This document shows, piece by piece, positions 9,238 through 22,186 of a DNA stretch of 64,000 nt (position 1 is its first letter; each line of letters begins with the position of its first letter). The position numbers were made by a program, and so were the translations under genes. The notes beneath the pieces were generated by a model. The model saw nothing but the letters and a program-made list of their open reading frames with translations. It was not told the origin of the DNA and did no database searches. This DNA comes from Octopus sinensis (lineage: Eukaryota), in contig NC_042998.1 of the NCBI RefSeq assembly GCF_006345805.1, positions 195,548,001-195,612,000 on the forward strand, written 5' to 3'.

Positions 9238-11740
9238 TTATAATAATAATGGAAGTCTGTCGGGGTTCGACAATGACGTCAGTGATGCCGGAGGTGGGAG
9301 CATAACCCAAAGGCAGACGTGGCCACGTAACAGCAGAAGTAGGGTTGGGAATTCTCTCTTTTTGGGCTTGTCACTCCTGGTCCAAGCTCTTGAGGGGCAT
9401 TTCCTCGAACAGCCTAACACCCTTTTGGACAGCTGGACTCCAGGCGCCACAGTCAGAGGCAAGCAATTCCCAGCCCCAGGCTGAAATGCTGCAGGCCTCA
9501 AGGGAATTCTTCAGGCTATCCTTGTATCACTTCAGTGGCTTTCCAGGATTTCTTGCTCCAGAAGCCAGCTCAGAGAAGAAAAACATGAGGCTGAAGAGTG
9601 TGAGAGCTATCACGCAGTCTTGCTTCATGCCATTGGAAACCAGGAATGGATCAGAGGCATCTCCGTTTTCCACGATGCGAGCCATCATGCCACCATGAAA
9701 TGACTGGATGATCCTGACGAGCATTGGTGGGCAGCCCAGCTTGGACAAAATATCCCACAGGACCTCTCGGCTGACAGTGCTAAAAGCCTTCATCGGGTTC
9801 ACGAAGCGGATGTAGAGGTTCTGGTTTCGTTTACAGCACTTCTCTTGTATCTGCCATACTGCAAAGACCATGTCTATTGTCCCCCTGTTGTTCCTAAATC
9901 CACACTGCCTCTCAAAGACCACATCATCCAGCAGGTGGTATGTGATGTGGTTCAGAAAAACATGGGCCATGATCTTTCCTGTGATGCTCAGTAATGAGAT
10001 GCCTCTGTGGTTGTCACATGAAGCTCTCTCCCCCTTGTTCTTGTACAAATGCACGATGTTGGCATCCTTGAAGTCCTGCAGCACTGACCCTTTGTCTCAA
10101 AACTGCTGTATCAGCTCAGTTAACTTGATGGCAACAGCTTCACCTCCCTCTTTGATGGGGTTTTCCATCAGGACCAGGTGCTTTCCCCACATGTAGTTGC
10201 TTGATGGCCTTCTAGATTTCTGCCAGTGTTGTGGGGGGGGGGGTGTCATCAAGTGACACCAGGCCGGCAAAGAACTTCTTGGAGTTGTGCTTGTCTGCAT
10301 TTGTTTCCCCACCATTTGTCTTTCATCTGTAGCAGCTCAGTCTGCACCTTTCCTCTGATGTTCTTGAGGTGGTCATGCTTGGGTTGGGAGTCTCTGTTGT
10401 TGCGCCAGGCTGTGAAGGCTTCTTTCTTCTCCTGGAGGAGGATGGTGATCTCCTTCTTGTTGTCAAACCAGTCTTGGTGTTTCCGTTTTTTTTTTTGTGG
10501 CCAAGGGTAAGGCTGGCAGAGCCATACACTGCATCCCAGAAGTTGGCCCAGGACTTCTTAAGGTTTCCCTCTGCTGGCAGATGTTGAAGCTGGTTCGCAA
10601 GATTGGCAATGCGGGTCTCTTTTGTTTTTGGTTCATTGAGTTTCTGGATGTCCAGTTTCTTTTTAACATCAGTTTTCTGGCCTCTGTGTCTGCTGACGAT
10701 CGAAAAGGACAGTCTGCACCTCAATAGCAGGTGATCTGTCCAGCAGTCAGCTCCCCTCATTGCCCTAGTGATGCGAACATCCTGGATGTCACAGTGCCTA
10801 GTGATCACATAGTCAATCAGGTGCCACTGCTTGGACCTTGGGTACATCCAGGTAGCCTTGTGGATGTCAGGCAGTTGGTACAGGGTATTGGTGATGGTGA
10901 GTCTCTGTTCAGCGCAGAAGGCGAGTAGCAGTTGACTGTTGGTATTCTCACGTCCAATGCCATGTGGCCCGATGACATCTGGCCAAGACTGTGCATATCT
11001 GCCTACACGAGCATTGAAGTCCCCGAGTATCAGCAGCTTGTCGTCTTTAGGAACTGACCGTAGCACTTTGGTGAGGTTCTGATAGCACAGCTTTCTCTGT
11101 TCCAGAGTGTAGGTCACGGTGAGGGCATAAGAAATGATGAGTGTCAGGTGCATCTTGCCTTGGAGAGGAATTCTCATCACCATCAGTCGGTCGCTGATTC
11201 CTCTTGGGAGGGACTCCAGATTCTTGATGAGGGCAGTGCGAATGGCAAAGCCAACTCCTGCTTCCCTGCATTCATCCGGTGCCTTCCCTGACCAAAAGAA
11301 AGTATATCCAGCTCCAGCCTCGGTGATCTCCCCCATGTCGGCAAGGTGTGGTCCCACTGAGGGCAGCAACATCAATGCTGTATCTCTGCAGTTCACAACC
11401 CACAAGTGCTGTTCGACGTTCTGGTCTGTCACAGTTTTGGTTGTCCATGAGTGTCCTGATGTTCCAGGCCCCAACACATAAAGTGCTTTTCCGGCAGGAG
11501 GATTTTGGGTTCTTCTTTTGTATTTCTTTCATGTTTCGACTGCGTGGTAGGTGACCAGTCAGCAAGCTTTCTTTAGGTCACCTTTTCTAGATCCTCCCCC
11601 CTAAAGGGCGGAGCAGTGCTATCCCTAAAGAAGGCTGCTCCATCGTCAGAGTGACTGCCGAACTATGCCCTTGCTCCGGTAGGCTGCAGAACAACCATCC
11701 TGCCCTGATCGCCCGAGTGCAGGTCCATGGCTAGCAGCTC
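9238..11740 (-). mobile_element. RTE-clade LINE: APE endonuclease plus partial RT, frameshifted, with an internal deletion near 9580
   Basis: APE motifs VGAWNIRTL, ILGDFNARVG, HLIDYVI and TDHLLL. RT motifs IVHLYKNKGERASCDNHRGISLL, FRNNRGTIDMVF and KQDCVIALTLFSL jump directly to the C-terminal ELASGARNPGKPLK*YKDSLK. (TAA)n tail at about 9238-9250. Confidence 0.92.
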
Positions 11741-11894
11741 AACACAAGTAAAAATGGACTAATCCTTATTTTTGAGAAAATGTAGAGTGAATTGTCCAAA
11801 TAAAGCATCTCAGACAGCATGCACTTTGCATGCCCCCCACACATACATGTAAGTTGGATCCAAGTAATCATGGAAAGTTTCAGAACCTAACTTG

Positions 11895-12030
11895 AACTGC
11901 TAGAAATAGTAGCCAAAACTGGGTTGCTAAGAAAGGACACACCAAATAACAGACTTTGAGCCAACGTACTAACAGGAATACTTTTGATCATAGAACAACT
12001 CAGTCAATAATAAACTGGAACTAAAAAGAA
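11895..12030 (+). mobile_element. Old dispersed repeat family F (other copies near 2885, 8215, 13800, 37365 and 44860)
   Basis: Recurring TTGACCTGCTAGAAATAG(C/T)AGCCAAAT...TTTGATCATAGG segment, often followed by (AAC)n. Confidence 0.5.
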
Positions 12031-15000
12031 ATTTTTTTAAAGAGAGAATTCTGGTTTAAGCACTCCATAAAACATCTCAAAATTTTTTTAGTTTTTGGAA
12101 TTTTCAAAAAGTTTTAGTGAATTTATGTTCTACACACAGAAATTCATACTATTATGAAAAAAAGATTTAGAAAATTTTTTTAATCGCCCCCCCCCCCCCC
12201 AATAAACCCTAAAAGTTCCACTCTTTTTCGAATTTTTTTTTTCTTTAATCAGAGTTTAAAATACAGTAAATCCCATTTTTTTAAACTTAAACCCCAGCTG
12301 TGGACACATCATCATTCCATTAAATGTGTTTATGGGGAGAAAATATTGAAAAAACATCAATACATATTAGAGCAACGAAGAAACGAGAAAGGTATTGGGT
12401 GGTCGTGGGACGTGTGGAATACAACAGCTAAATCGCCCTTAAATCGCACAACATTTCTTTTCTTTTCATTTCTTTTTTTTATAATCGTGTGAATTCCTGT
12501 GTGTGAAACACAAATTCGCACTAAAATTTCTGAAAATTCTAAAATATCATAATAGTTATGAGCGGTTATAATGGGTACTCAAACCAAAACTACAAAAAAA
12601 AAAAAAAGCATCCTAATTTTACGCTCTCACAAGTTCAGTGATTGGATCCAAACAGACATTTTAGGTTATCGTATCGATCTCATCATTTATTTTTACTATA
12701 TCGGATGGGCTAAGAAAATTTGCTATAAAGGGACACAACTCAAAGTCGCTAAATGAATTACTGAAAAATAATTGGAAATTAGGAGAGAAAATATTTTTCT
12801 TAAAAATTCAGTAACTAATTAATTACAAATAACTGTGCAGAAGCCTTCATATGTGTGTGTGGGGGTTATGCGCTGTTTCGTTTTAACAAATTTACAGTAA
12901 TTCATTTGTAAATATCTAAATTTAGAAAACCACCTAACCCTTGAATGTACAACTTATGCAAACACAGGTGCGACTTTCTCTTTCGTTTTCTTGCAAAGAC
13001 AGAGAGGTACTTTAAATTTAGGTAAATTCTTCATGCTTCTGTATTCAAAATCAGTAGGAAATGAATGTGACTTTCCATCTCTCCTGTTGGTGAATATTTA
13101 ACTCTTTTACACATCGATAGATTGATCCGTAAAGAGACGATACTTAAAGATAATACTAAGAGCCATTGTGGCCGCTCGATTCTCCAAAAATAGCAGTTAA
13201 ATCACTTTCAAATTGCATTTCAAAAAAACAATAAAAAATGGAATTTTGTGAGTCCAAAGTGTAAATATTCGTTCGACTGTAAGATATTGGCAAGTTATTT
13301 TTTAAATTTATTTTGGTTTAAAGAAACCCAAAATTTGTTTGGCGCCAGAAGAAAAGATTGGTTTAATTTTGCCAAGACAAATTACTTGGAAAGAGTCACA
13401 AATGAAATGCGTGTGAACTTGAGTAGGGTTCACTAAGGGCCAAACAACAAAGTCTAAATAAGATGCCAGATTATCATAAGTTACTTTTCTCCAGTTGATA
13501 AAAAAAAACGTTATTTCGATAAAATATATTGTTTAACTGCAAAATAATGTATCTATTGCAGATTTCACCTGTATTTTTGGACAATGGTGTTTGCAATTAT
13601 CGATATTTTGGAAATGTGCAATATAATATGGTTGAAGGGAAAACACAGCGGGGATTTTTAATTTATCACTATATTAGAAATGTGAGACCCAAACGTATTT
13701 TTTAAAAATATTCTGGAACGGTCAATCTACTCGACTGATCTCAGTACAACACCATTATCACCACGCCCACCACCACCACCAAACAGAACTTTATTAAGTC
13801 GCTTGATTTGCTAGAAATAGTAGGCAACTCTTTCTAACATTACCCTCTACTGCCTTAGAAAAGGAAAGATGCATTGAATAAATCTGAAAAAACAAAAAAG
13901 GCAGGATGGCTATGGATGAAATGTCTTTGATCATAGGTCTGATCAATCGAGGCTACATAACTTGGCAAATGAAAATAAAAATCGATATAGGATGAAGACC
14001 ATCAGGAAAGATGACATGGATGTTGATAATGAGGATGATGATGAAGGACGTGTAGAAATTGAAAGTGCCACCAACCTTGTTCCACAAAATTCGAAACGTC
14101 AACAAGGGCTGACATAATGGAAGGACAAAAGATGAAAAATTTATAAAACAGAAAATTCCGCTTTTTTTAAATATTTTTTTAAGTGTCCGAAAACGGAAAA
14201 GCCAAAGCCAAACGGTGTTAAGCCAGTTCTGTCTCTTCTGTGATAATTTGTATGGTCCACACACACATGTGTGTACAAAAGGTTAAATAATCGATATAGT
14301 TTTCGATTTCATTCGTCGCGATTACAAGACTGATTTGTGTAGAGAATTAAATTCACCCTCAATAAAATACTGTTAACGGTTTCGATGAAAATTTAGAATA
14401 AGTGACCACTAGATCACAAAGCTTCTTATAAACGTTAATAAATGGGCCAAGGTTTTCGCCAACCAATAAAACAAATTGTTTTCTGATCCAGTGTATTACG
14501 TGTATAGTAAGTAATTAGCAGATAAATACGTACAGCTACATCATAAGTGTAAAACCAAGTATATTTGCAACAGGCGTGACATCCTTAAAGTAACTATTTG
14601 TGGAGAAAAACTCCAACCTTTATGCAAATATATACATATATATCATATTAAGATGTTTACTCTTTCTTATTTGTTTTCGTAGTCTATTATATGCATGAGG
14701 CGCGCAAGGTTATCTCTGTAACAAACAAGGTTGGTTGTACAAAACACATAGATACCGACTTGGGTATGAATGTGTGTAGGCACGCGTGTTTGTGAATTTG
14801 GATGTTTATTGTATTCTCCACAATTGATAAGATAACAGTAACAGTTACCAGCAATAACAATAAGATAACGGAACATTAATAATAATTATAACGATGATGA
14901 TGATAAATTAATCTAATGAAATTTTAGACAACTGTCGCTGTAAACGAAAGAGTAAAAGAGAAAAAAAAGCACCATCACAGCTATTAACACAAAAATCAAA

Positions 15001-15747
15001 GATCAATAGGACAAGGTTGTTTAAAGAAATCTACGTACACTAAGGTGACTTAAACCCATCAACATCAATAACGAAGCCTCTCAAAATATCAGAGCAGATG
15101 TCTCTACAGTTACTATGTATAATAAAATCATTGTGATTTCAGCGGGTAGGCATGTTAAAGTACAAATTTTGATATATATATATAACTGACCTGAAAAAAG
15201 TGAAATTATGTCAAGTTAGGAGGAGGAAGATGATGATGACGAATACTGTATATCATTGCTCGTGTGTATTCAGTTTCCTTTCAACGAGGCAGTGCCTGTT
15301 CTGGTCCATCTTGGCTTTTCTGACGTCACAACCGATGACGCTCGATTTCTGCCGAACTCATCGAAGCTCATAGAATAAATTAAAACCGGTACACCCCCCC
15401 CCCCCATTTAAAAGTAAGATATACGCGAATGTGGACGTATTTGTGCTTATATAATTATTTTACTAAACACTTAACTTTTTTTTAATAAAAGTATAAATTC
15501 CCTTTGTCTATTGTAAAATGATATACACACACACACACACACGCGCGTGTGTACGTGTCATTGTACGCATGAATATATCTACGCACCTGTATGTGAATAT
15601 ATATATATATATATATATATATTAAACAGCCGAAATCTGCGATGAGGGATCAGTTTCTGACTGAAGAATGAAGGCTTTGAATGACCCGTTTGTCTTTTTG
15701 TTCGTCCCTTCGTGTATTTCACGTTATTTATTATGTAAAGGTTCATT

Positions 15748-15779
<32 letters not shown>

Positions 15780-15790
<11 letters not shown>

Positions 15791-16077
15791 CAATTAAGGA
15801 CAACTACTTAATAAGGAAAACTTAACAAGAAATTGTCAGGTAGATAGCGTGAAAACCTCATAAGAGAATAAATTTCGAAAATAATTATTTCTTATTGAAC
15901 ATATTAATTTATATATAGAGGGCATTATACATACATGCCAGAGGGCATTATACATACATGCCACACGCTAAGAGGGACAATTAGTCATTTCTACCAAAAA
16001 TATTACTAATCCCACCGAATGCAATTTTTCAAAGTAAGACATTTAAAAAATGCCCTCTGGCATGTATGTATAATGCC

Positions 16078-16153
<76 letters not shown>

Positions 16154-16360
16154 ATAATTAAGGGTAAAATCAATTAGTTATTAATTAATTTCACCAAGTA
16201 TTTTTCAGTATGTAAAAGGACCATTCAAGGCGTATTCAAAATATTACTTTATATAATTAAAGGCTCAGTAAAATAATTTACTTTGCCACATAAAAAATTT
16301 CAGTATGTGGCAAAGTAAATTATTTTACTGAGCCCTTAATTATATAATATATATATATAT
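15780..16360. repeat. (TA)n tracts with two embedded fold-back elements
   Basis: Inverted repeats at 15911-15949/16049-16087 and 16262-16292/16304-16334. (TA)n at about 15757-15789, 16081-16150 and 16341-16360. Confidence 0.85.
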
Positions 16361-16950
16361 ACGTATACCTGCACCTGGACACACAGACACATAGATGCAT
16401 CATGCATATATATGTATTCATTGATGAATCGATTTATAACTCAAACGTTCCAGACATTTGCGTGCGCACTTGAAATTGTGCGTGTTAACACGCATTTACA
16501 CCAGTGATTTACAACCATTTTTTTTTACCTTCTCAAATCCCATTTTCCATATTTTAGAATGTTATTTCCCCCCGTTTTCCAAGATCGTCCACTCAAAAGG
16601 TGCCTTCCAAATAATTTGTGTACAATATTGAAAATTGTTTCTTCTTTTTTCTTAAAAAAAAAATAACAACAACCCAAAACACATTATACATACGCATTTC
16701 CTCGTATTATTTTTAGAATGAAATTTTATAAGATTAAGATTAATGTAAAAAATAAATAACACTGAAGCAAAATAACACCAAATATATAGTGCGTGTGTTT
16801 TTATTGGCTAAACTGGCAATATGACCATTCCGAAATATAACAATATCTGTTTCAACACACGACTTCACATAAAAAATCTTGCCCAACAAATATTTGAAAT
16901 TTTATAAATTTTAAAACAATAGAAAGTGTTAATGATTTTAAAACTTCAGG

Positions 16951-17520
16951 CATGTATGTATGTACGTATGTATGTATGTATGTATGTATGTATGTATGTA
17001 TGTATGTATGTATGTATGTATGTATGTATGTATGTATGTATGTATGTATGTATGTATGTATGTGTGTGTGTGTGTATGTATGTATGTGTGTGTATGTATG
17101 TGTGTGTGTATGTATGTATGTATGTATGTATGTATGTATGTATTTATGTTTGTATGTATGTATGTGTGTATGTATGTATGTATGTATGTATGTATGTGTG
17201 TATGTATGTATGTATGTATGTATGTATGTGTGTGTGTGTGTGTGTATGTATGGATGTGTGTGTGTATGTATGTGTGTGTGTATGTATGTATGTATGTATG
17301 TATGTATGTATGTGTGTATGTATGTGTGTGTGTATGTATGTATGTATGTATGTATGTGTGTGTGTATGTATGTGTGTGTATGTATGTATGTGTATGTATG
17401 TGTGTGTGTGTGTATGTGTGTGTATGTATGTATGTATGTATGTGTATGTGTGTGTGTATGTATGTATGTATGTTTGTTTGTTTGTGTGTGTGTATGTATG
17501 TATGTATGTACGTACGTACT
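16951..17520. repeat. (TATG)n/(TG)n compound microsatellite
   Basis: Direct inspection. Confidence 0.97.
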
Positions 17521-17570
17521 AACTTACATACGTGCATACATATACACATAAGTACATACACACACACACA

Positions 17571-17978
17571 GGCGCAAACGTGACTGTGTGGTAAGAAGCT
17601 GGCTTCCCAACCGCATGGTTCCGGGTTCAGTCCCACCGCGTGGTACCTTGGGCAAGTATCTTCTATAATAGCCTCGGGCCTACTAAAAGCTTTGGATTGG
17701 ATTTGGTAGACGCAAACCGTCGTGTGTGTGTGTGTGCGTCCCCGTCCTTGTGTCTATATTTGTCCCCTCACCACTACCTGATAACCGGTGTTGGTGTGTT
17801 TACGTCCCCGTAATCTAGCGGTTCGGCAAAAGAAATTAATAGAATAAGTACCAGGCTTTAAAATAAGCGCTGGCGGGTGGGGGGTCAATTTGTTCGACTA
17901 AAACAAATTCTTCAAAACGGTTCCCCTGCACAGCTACAGACAAATGATCGAAACAATTAAAAGATAAAACATAAGAGA
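17571..17978 (+). mobile_element. SINE family A, diverged
   Basis: Head GGCGCA...TGTGTGGTAAGAAGC, CORE-like block and 3' half. Confidence 0.8.
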
Positions 17979-18639
17979 TATATAACGTAAAAGGAAAAAG
18001 ATCTGGAATCCAGGCAAGTACCTTATTAGCACTCTGATAAACTCCAGATCTGGCTAACCTCATCGAATATGAAACATACAGAATTGCTTAAGATAAACAA
18101 TTAAACGGTACTTCATTCGATGAGTCCAGTTGATTGGATTTCATACAGAGTATATAATCAAGGCATCATTACGAAGAATGGATAATTATACATCTTCAAA
18201 AACTATTTATAACATTATTATTCTCTTTAAGTTCCAATCTACCACGTGTTTCTGCTGCATAAGTACCCTAGTGTGCTTTGATGTAGCAAATATGTGCATT
18301 TAGTTGATTCATTTGCAGTACACATTCATCCAAGGCAGGTATGCTGTGTAATTTTGTTCGTGGTTTTACCCATTCGGGTGGGTGGGTGGTGCAAAGTAGT
18401 AGACAGTCATTCTTAAAGTACATTCAAGGTGAAGGACCATAAAACTTCGGAGTATATGACAAGAGAGTGTGCGTTGAAATACAATATGGTTATAGTTCTG
18501 GTGTCACTTAAACTTAGAATGAATGGCCTTTCTCGATATTAAGGGAACAGACTATTTCATATACTTAATAAAAGGGGGGAACTTTAATTAGGCCAGGACG
18601 CATTCACACTACTGACCACACATAATGAAGATAATATTA

Positions 18640-19005
18640 TCTCTATATATATAAACGGCAAAATGTCTGTGTGTGTCCTTTATACAAATCCACAACTTTT
18701 CAGTTAGAGGGCTCGCACTTTCTATGGTCATTCAAAACCGTCCAAAGGTGGTCGTACACATCTTTATATTTCCCCAGTCACCCCGCAAAGCCATTAAAAA
18801 ATCAATAGAAGTGACTTTTTTGTGAATTTTCTATCCAAAACTCAATCAAAATGTCCGAAACTTGATACGCCAATTGAATACCAGCTAGCTATATGTGATG
18901 GGTCGGAGATTTGGACAGTACTCACGTGTATGTGCGTGCGCACGCACGCAGCTGTATATGCATGCACTAGCACTATGACCCGGCATTGCTGGGTCATTGT
19001 GCTAG
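18640..19005 (+). mobile_element. Non-autonomous Helitron, second family
   Basis: A|TCTCTATATATATAAA 5' end and a long terminal hairpin ending CTAG|T. Reverse copy at 51018-51386. Confidence 0.85.
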
Positions 19006-19540
19006 TACCAAATAAGATAAATGGAAAGATTGAAAAGGGATCGAAAGAAAGAGGAAGCAAATATCGTTTCAGTTTGAGAAATCAGACCAATCCATAGTAA
19101 TAAAGCTTTATATATTCTTTTTATATATATATTTTTGGAATATTAGATGTTTAGTATTTATTCAGATGAACAAAGTAAGTTGAAATCCTAATCATATATT
19201 GTCTTAATTAACCAAAATTTTGAGGTTTAGTGTGAGTTTGTTAAAATCTAACCAAAGTAAATTTGCGATTATTTGACTGGATTAACTTATATGCATTTCT
19301 ATCTACGTTATTTCGAATTAAAAATCCTTATTTAGAAAATAAATACTCTTCTAAATGAATGAGCGCATTTTAGAGTTAATTCGTTTCCGCAATTTAGTAA
19401 CCTGCAATAAGAGGTAAAAATATGGAATATTTCTTCCAACATTAGATTACACTTCGAATAACCAATAGTATACGGTAAAGAGTTACTAATAATTACCCAT
19501 TTCATATCATATTTAGTGTCTCTATCCTATAAAGTGCACA

Positions 19541-19591
<51 letters not shown>

Positions 19592-19627
19592 GAAATGTAC
19601 AGTATTATATATCCATCATGGTTGGTC

Positions 19628-19705
19628 TTACCAATCGGTTTCACGTAAAGAATACAATGGAGTGTTAGGTAACAATCTGATTATATAACTTTACGCTCAT
19701 CAGAG
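19628..19705 (-). ncRNA. Type I hammerhead-like motif with long stem II loop and very short stem I
   Basis: On the minus strand: CTGATGA-G-CGTAAAG...CTTTACG-T-GAAAC-CGATTGGTA. Stem II is 7 bp plus a G-U pair, stem III is 3 bp, cleavage triplet GUA. Confidence 0.55.
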
Positions 19706-19794
19706 TTAGTCGATATGGAAGGGAACGCTTTTTAATGAAAGAAATTCTTGTATACAGTGCTTTGTGTCCACTACAACTAAGAAAAAAAAAAGAC

Positions 19795-20050
19795 CTATCG
19801 GATGTACTGTTGGCGGATTTCAGGAAGCATGGAAGTTTTGAAGGCTATAGTGTCTCGACAACCAATGACTGATGTGGGTAGTTTATTCCATGATTCAACA
19901 ATTCTGAGTGTAAAAAAATGTTTCCGAAATCCATAGGTGCTGTGTTGTTTTTTTGATTTTGTAAGCATGTCCACGAGTGTTTTACATATGGAATTCAAAA
20001 AGGTACACAGGGTTGTTGGATAATCTTTTGGTGTCTACCAAGTCAGTTAC
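19795..20050 (-). mobile_element. CR1-type LINE 3' fragment
   Basis: RKHFFTLRIVESWNKLPTSVI is the CR1 ORF2 C-terminal motif. Confidence 0.75.
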
Positions 20051-20525
20051 CAGACGTCTGATCTTCAATGTGTCGTTGCCCAGGGGAGCAAGGTGTTCAG
20101 CGTACGGTAGATACATGATAGCGGGTATTCGTGTTGCTGCACGTTTCTGAACAGTTTCCAGGAGATTTATATGCTGAGCATATGCAAATCACCTCCCTCC
20201 GACAAGTCATCCTAACGAGACGTCTGCGTTAGCTGGGTTATGCCCTCCGTCGTCAATCAGGAGAATTCATCTACGAAGCAATTGCCCCAGCTCCCCTTCA
20301 GGGTTGGCGAAAGCGATGTGGTGGACAACGAAAAACCTGACTGATGAGGGTCAAGGCTGATTTGGAACCCAACCTAGGCCCCCATATCTACGGCGTTCGC
20401 CGCTGGAATAAGGAGTGGTTGGAGATCACGCGGTCATTAGCCTCAAATCGCCAGGCCTGGTCGACGTTTGAGAGAGATGCAGCATTGAGGATGAATGAAG
20501 CCAGCTCAACCCACCCCGGGTGAAT
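20050..20525 (+). mobile_element. RTE-like LINE 3' fragment
   Basis: Frame-broken RRLRxLGYALRR...WNKEWLEITRSLASNRQAWS. The 3' end resembles 41230-41318. Confidence 0.6.
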
Positions 20526-20619
20526 ATTGTCAAGGAACATGTAGTTTGTGACTGATTCTAACAGACAATTTCCCAAATTCATTTCTGCCATTTTGAGAGA
20601 ACAACGTTTTTTTTAAAAT

Positions 20620-21400
20620 CTTTTTACCTTTTTACTTGTCTCGGTCATTAGACTGCGTCCATACTGCAGCACTGTCTTGAAGAATTTTTAGTCGAACGTA
20701 TTGACTCAAGTACTTATTTTTTATCGGTTTCTTTTGCCGAACCGCTAAGTTACGTAGACGTAAACACACCAGCATCAGTTGTTAAGCGGGGGGGGGGAGC
20801 ACAGACACAAAGACAGACAGACCGACACACACACATACTCACACATACATACAAACATACATACACACATACATATGTGAGGTAAGAAACTTGCTTCCCA
20901 ACCACATGGTTCCGGGTTCAGTCCTACTGCGTGGCACCTTGGGCACGTATCTTCTGATATAGTCTCAGGATGACCATCGTGTGTATATATATATATATAT
21001 ACGATGGGTTTCTTTCAGTTTCCGTCTATTACATCCATTCACAGCGCTTTGGTCATGACTATAGCAGAAGATACGTGCCCATGGTGCCACGCAGTAGGAC
21101 TGAACCCGGAACCATGTGGTTGGGAAGCAAGTTTCTTATCCCACATATGTATGTATGTGTGTATGTATGTATGTTTGTATGTATGTACGTGTGTATGTAT
21201 GTATGTACGTCTGTTCCCCATACCGCTTGACAACCGATGTTGATATGTTTACCTCCCCATATATTCTAGCGGATCGATAAAAGAGGTCGATACAATAAGT
21301 ACTAGGCTTAAAAAAATAAGTCCTGGGGGTTCATTTGTTCGACTAAAATCCTTCAAGGCGGCCGCAAGTCAACTGACTGAAAAAAAGTAGAACAATAAAA
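20620..21400. mobile_element. Rearranged SINE A cluster with an internal inverted duplication
   Basis: Minus-strand 3' half at 20620-20830, plus-strand head at 20875-20965, minus-strand head at 21002-21140, plus-strand 3' half at 21205-21400. Confidence 0.75.
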
Positions 21401-21443
21401 GAACACACACACACAAACCCACACACACGCATACACACACACA

Positions 21444-21494
<51 letters not shown>

Positions 21495-22186
21495 CATACG
21501 CACCCGTCCTTTGGACGATTTAAGTTGCTTTGGTGGTACTCTTTTTTACCAAATAATTGAACTACAAAGATGGCTTATGAGTAGTATGGCAATCTATGTT
21601 TCCGATTAACCTAGGAACGGGAAACCAAATTGAAAGCTGGCTATTGTGAAAGTCGTTGCACTTTAATGATCATAGAACATATAAGTTTGCAAGCAATGCA
21701 AAGTAGAACTACTGAAGTGTTTTGGGAGTAAATTATGGATCATGACTACAAAATATAGTTGTTTTACATGAAAGCGAAATTTCTGGTGATAGTTTAAAAA
21801 AGGCTAGAACGACAATGCTAAAACATATTTGAAACAATGGACAACAGTTGAAATATCATTAATGGAGGGGTAAATAATCATCCTTAAAGTGAAACAACGC
21901 ATTGGTAGGTAAACAAAGATCTCAACAAATAGAAGAGCAGGAAGGGAACATTACCTTTCAAATAACTCAGAATAGGTAAAGGTAAGCTTGCCGGAGTTTA
22001 ATGCAGTTTAAAAACGGAGATTAAGATTGTTTAGTATTGGATATTCATCGCGTTCAGTGTTCCTAGTCAATTTAATCAAAGTAGAGAAGTAATAATACAT
22101 AATTACAACATATAAATAAATAATAAATCAAAACAATGTGAAAAACCACTAAAATATATTCTCTAACGCCAATATACGACCGTATA

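Noticed and set aside
11569-11641. HDV-like ribozyme in the RTE 5' UTR (interleaved GGAGCAG/CTGCTCC and TTCTTTAGG/CCTAAAGAA on the minus strand)
   Set aside because: The P1/P2 order fits, but only 7 nt remain for P3/L3 and J4/2 is too long. Not callable from this copy; the family consensus is worth testing.
14075-14107. Hammerhead-like CCTTGTT...GAAACGTC-AACAAGG with a 7-bp stem I
   Set aside because: The CUGANGA core and stem II are absent.
16926-17636. Long ORFs (MYVC.., HTYI..) here and at 47.9-48.6, 53.2-54.1, 32.2-33.1, 34.0-34.9 and 63.7-64.0 kb
   Set aside because: They are stop-free translations of microsatellites, not genes.
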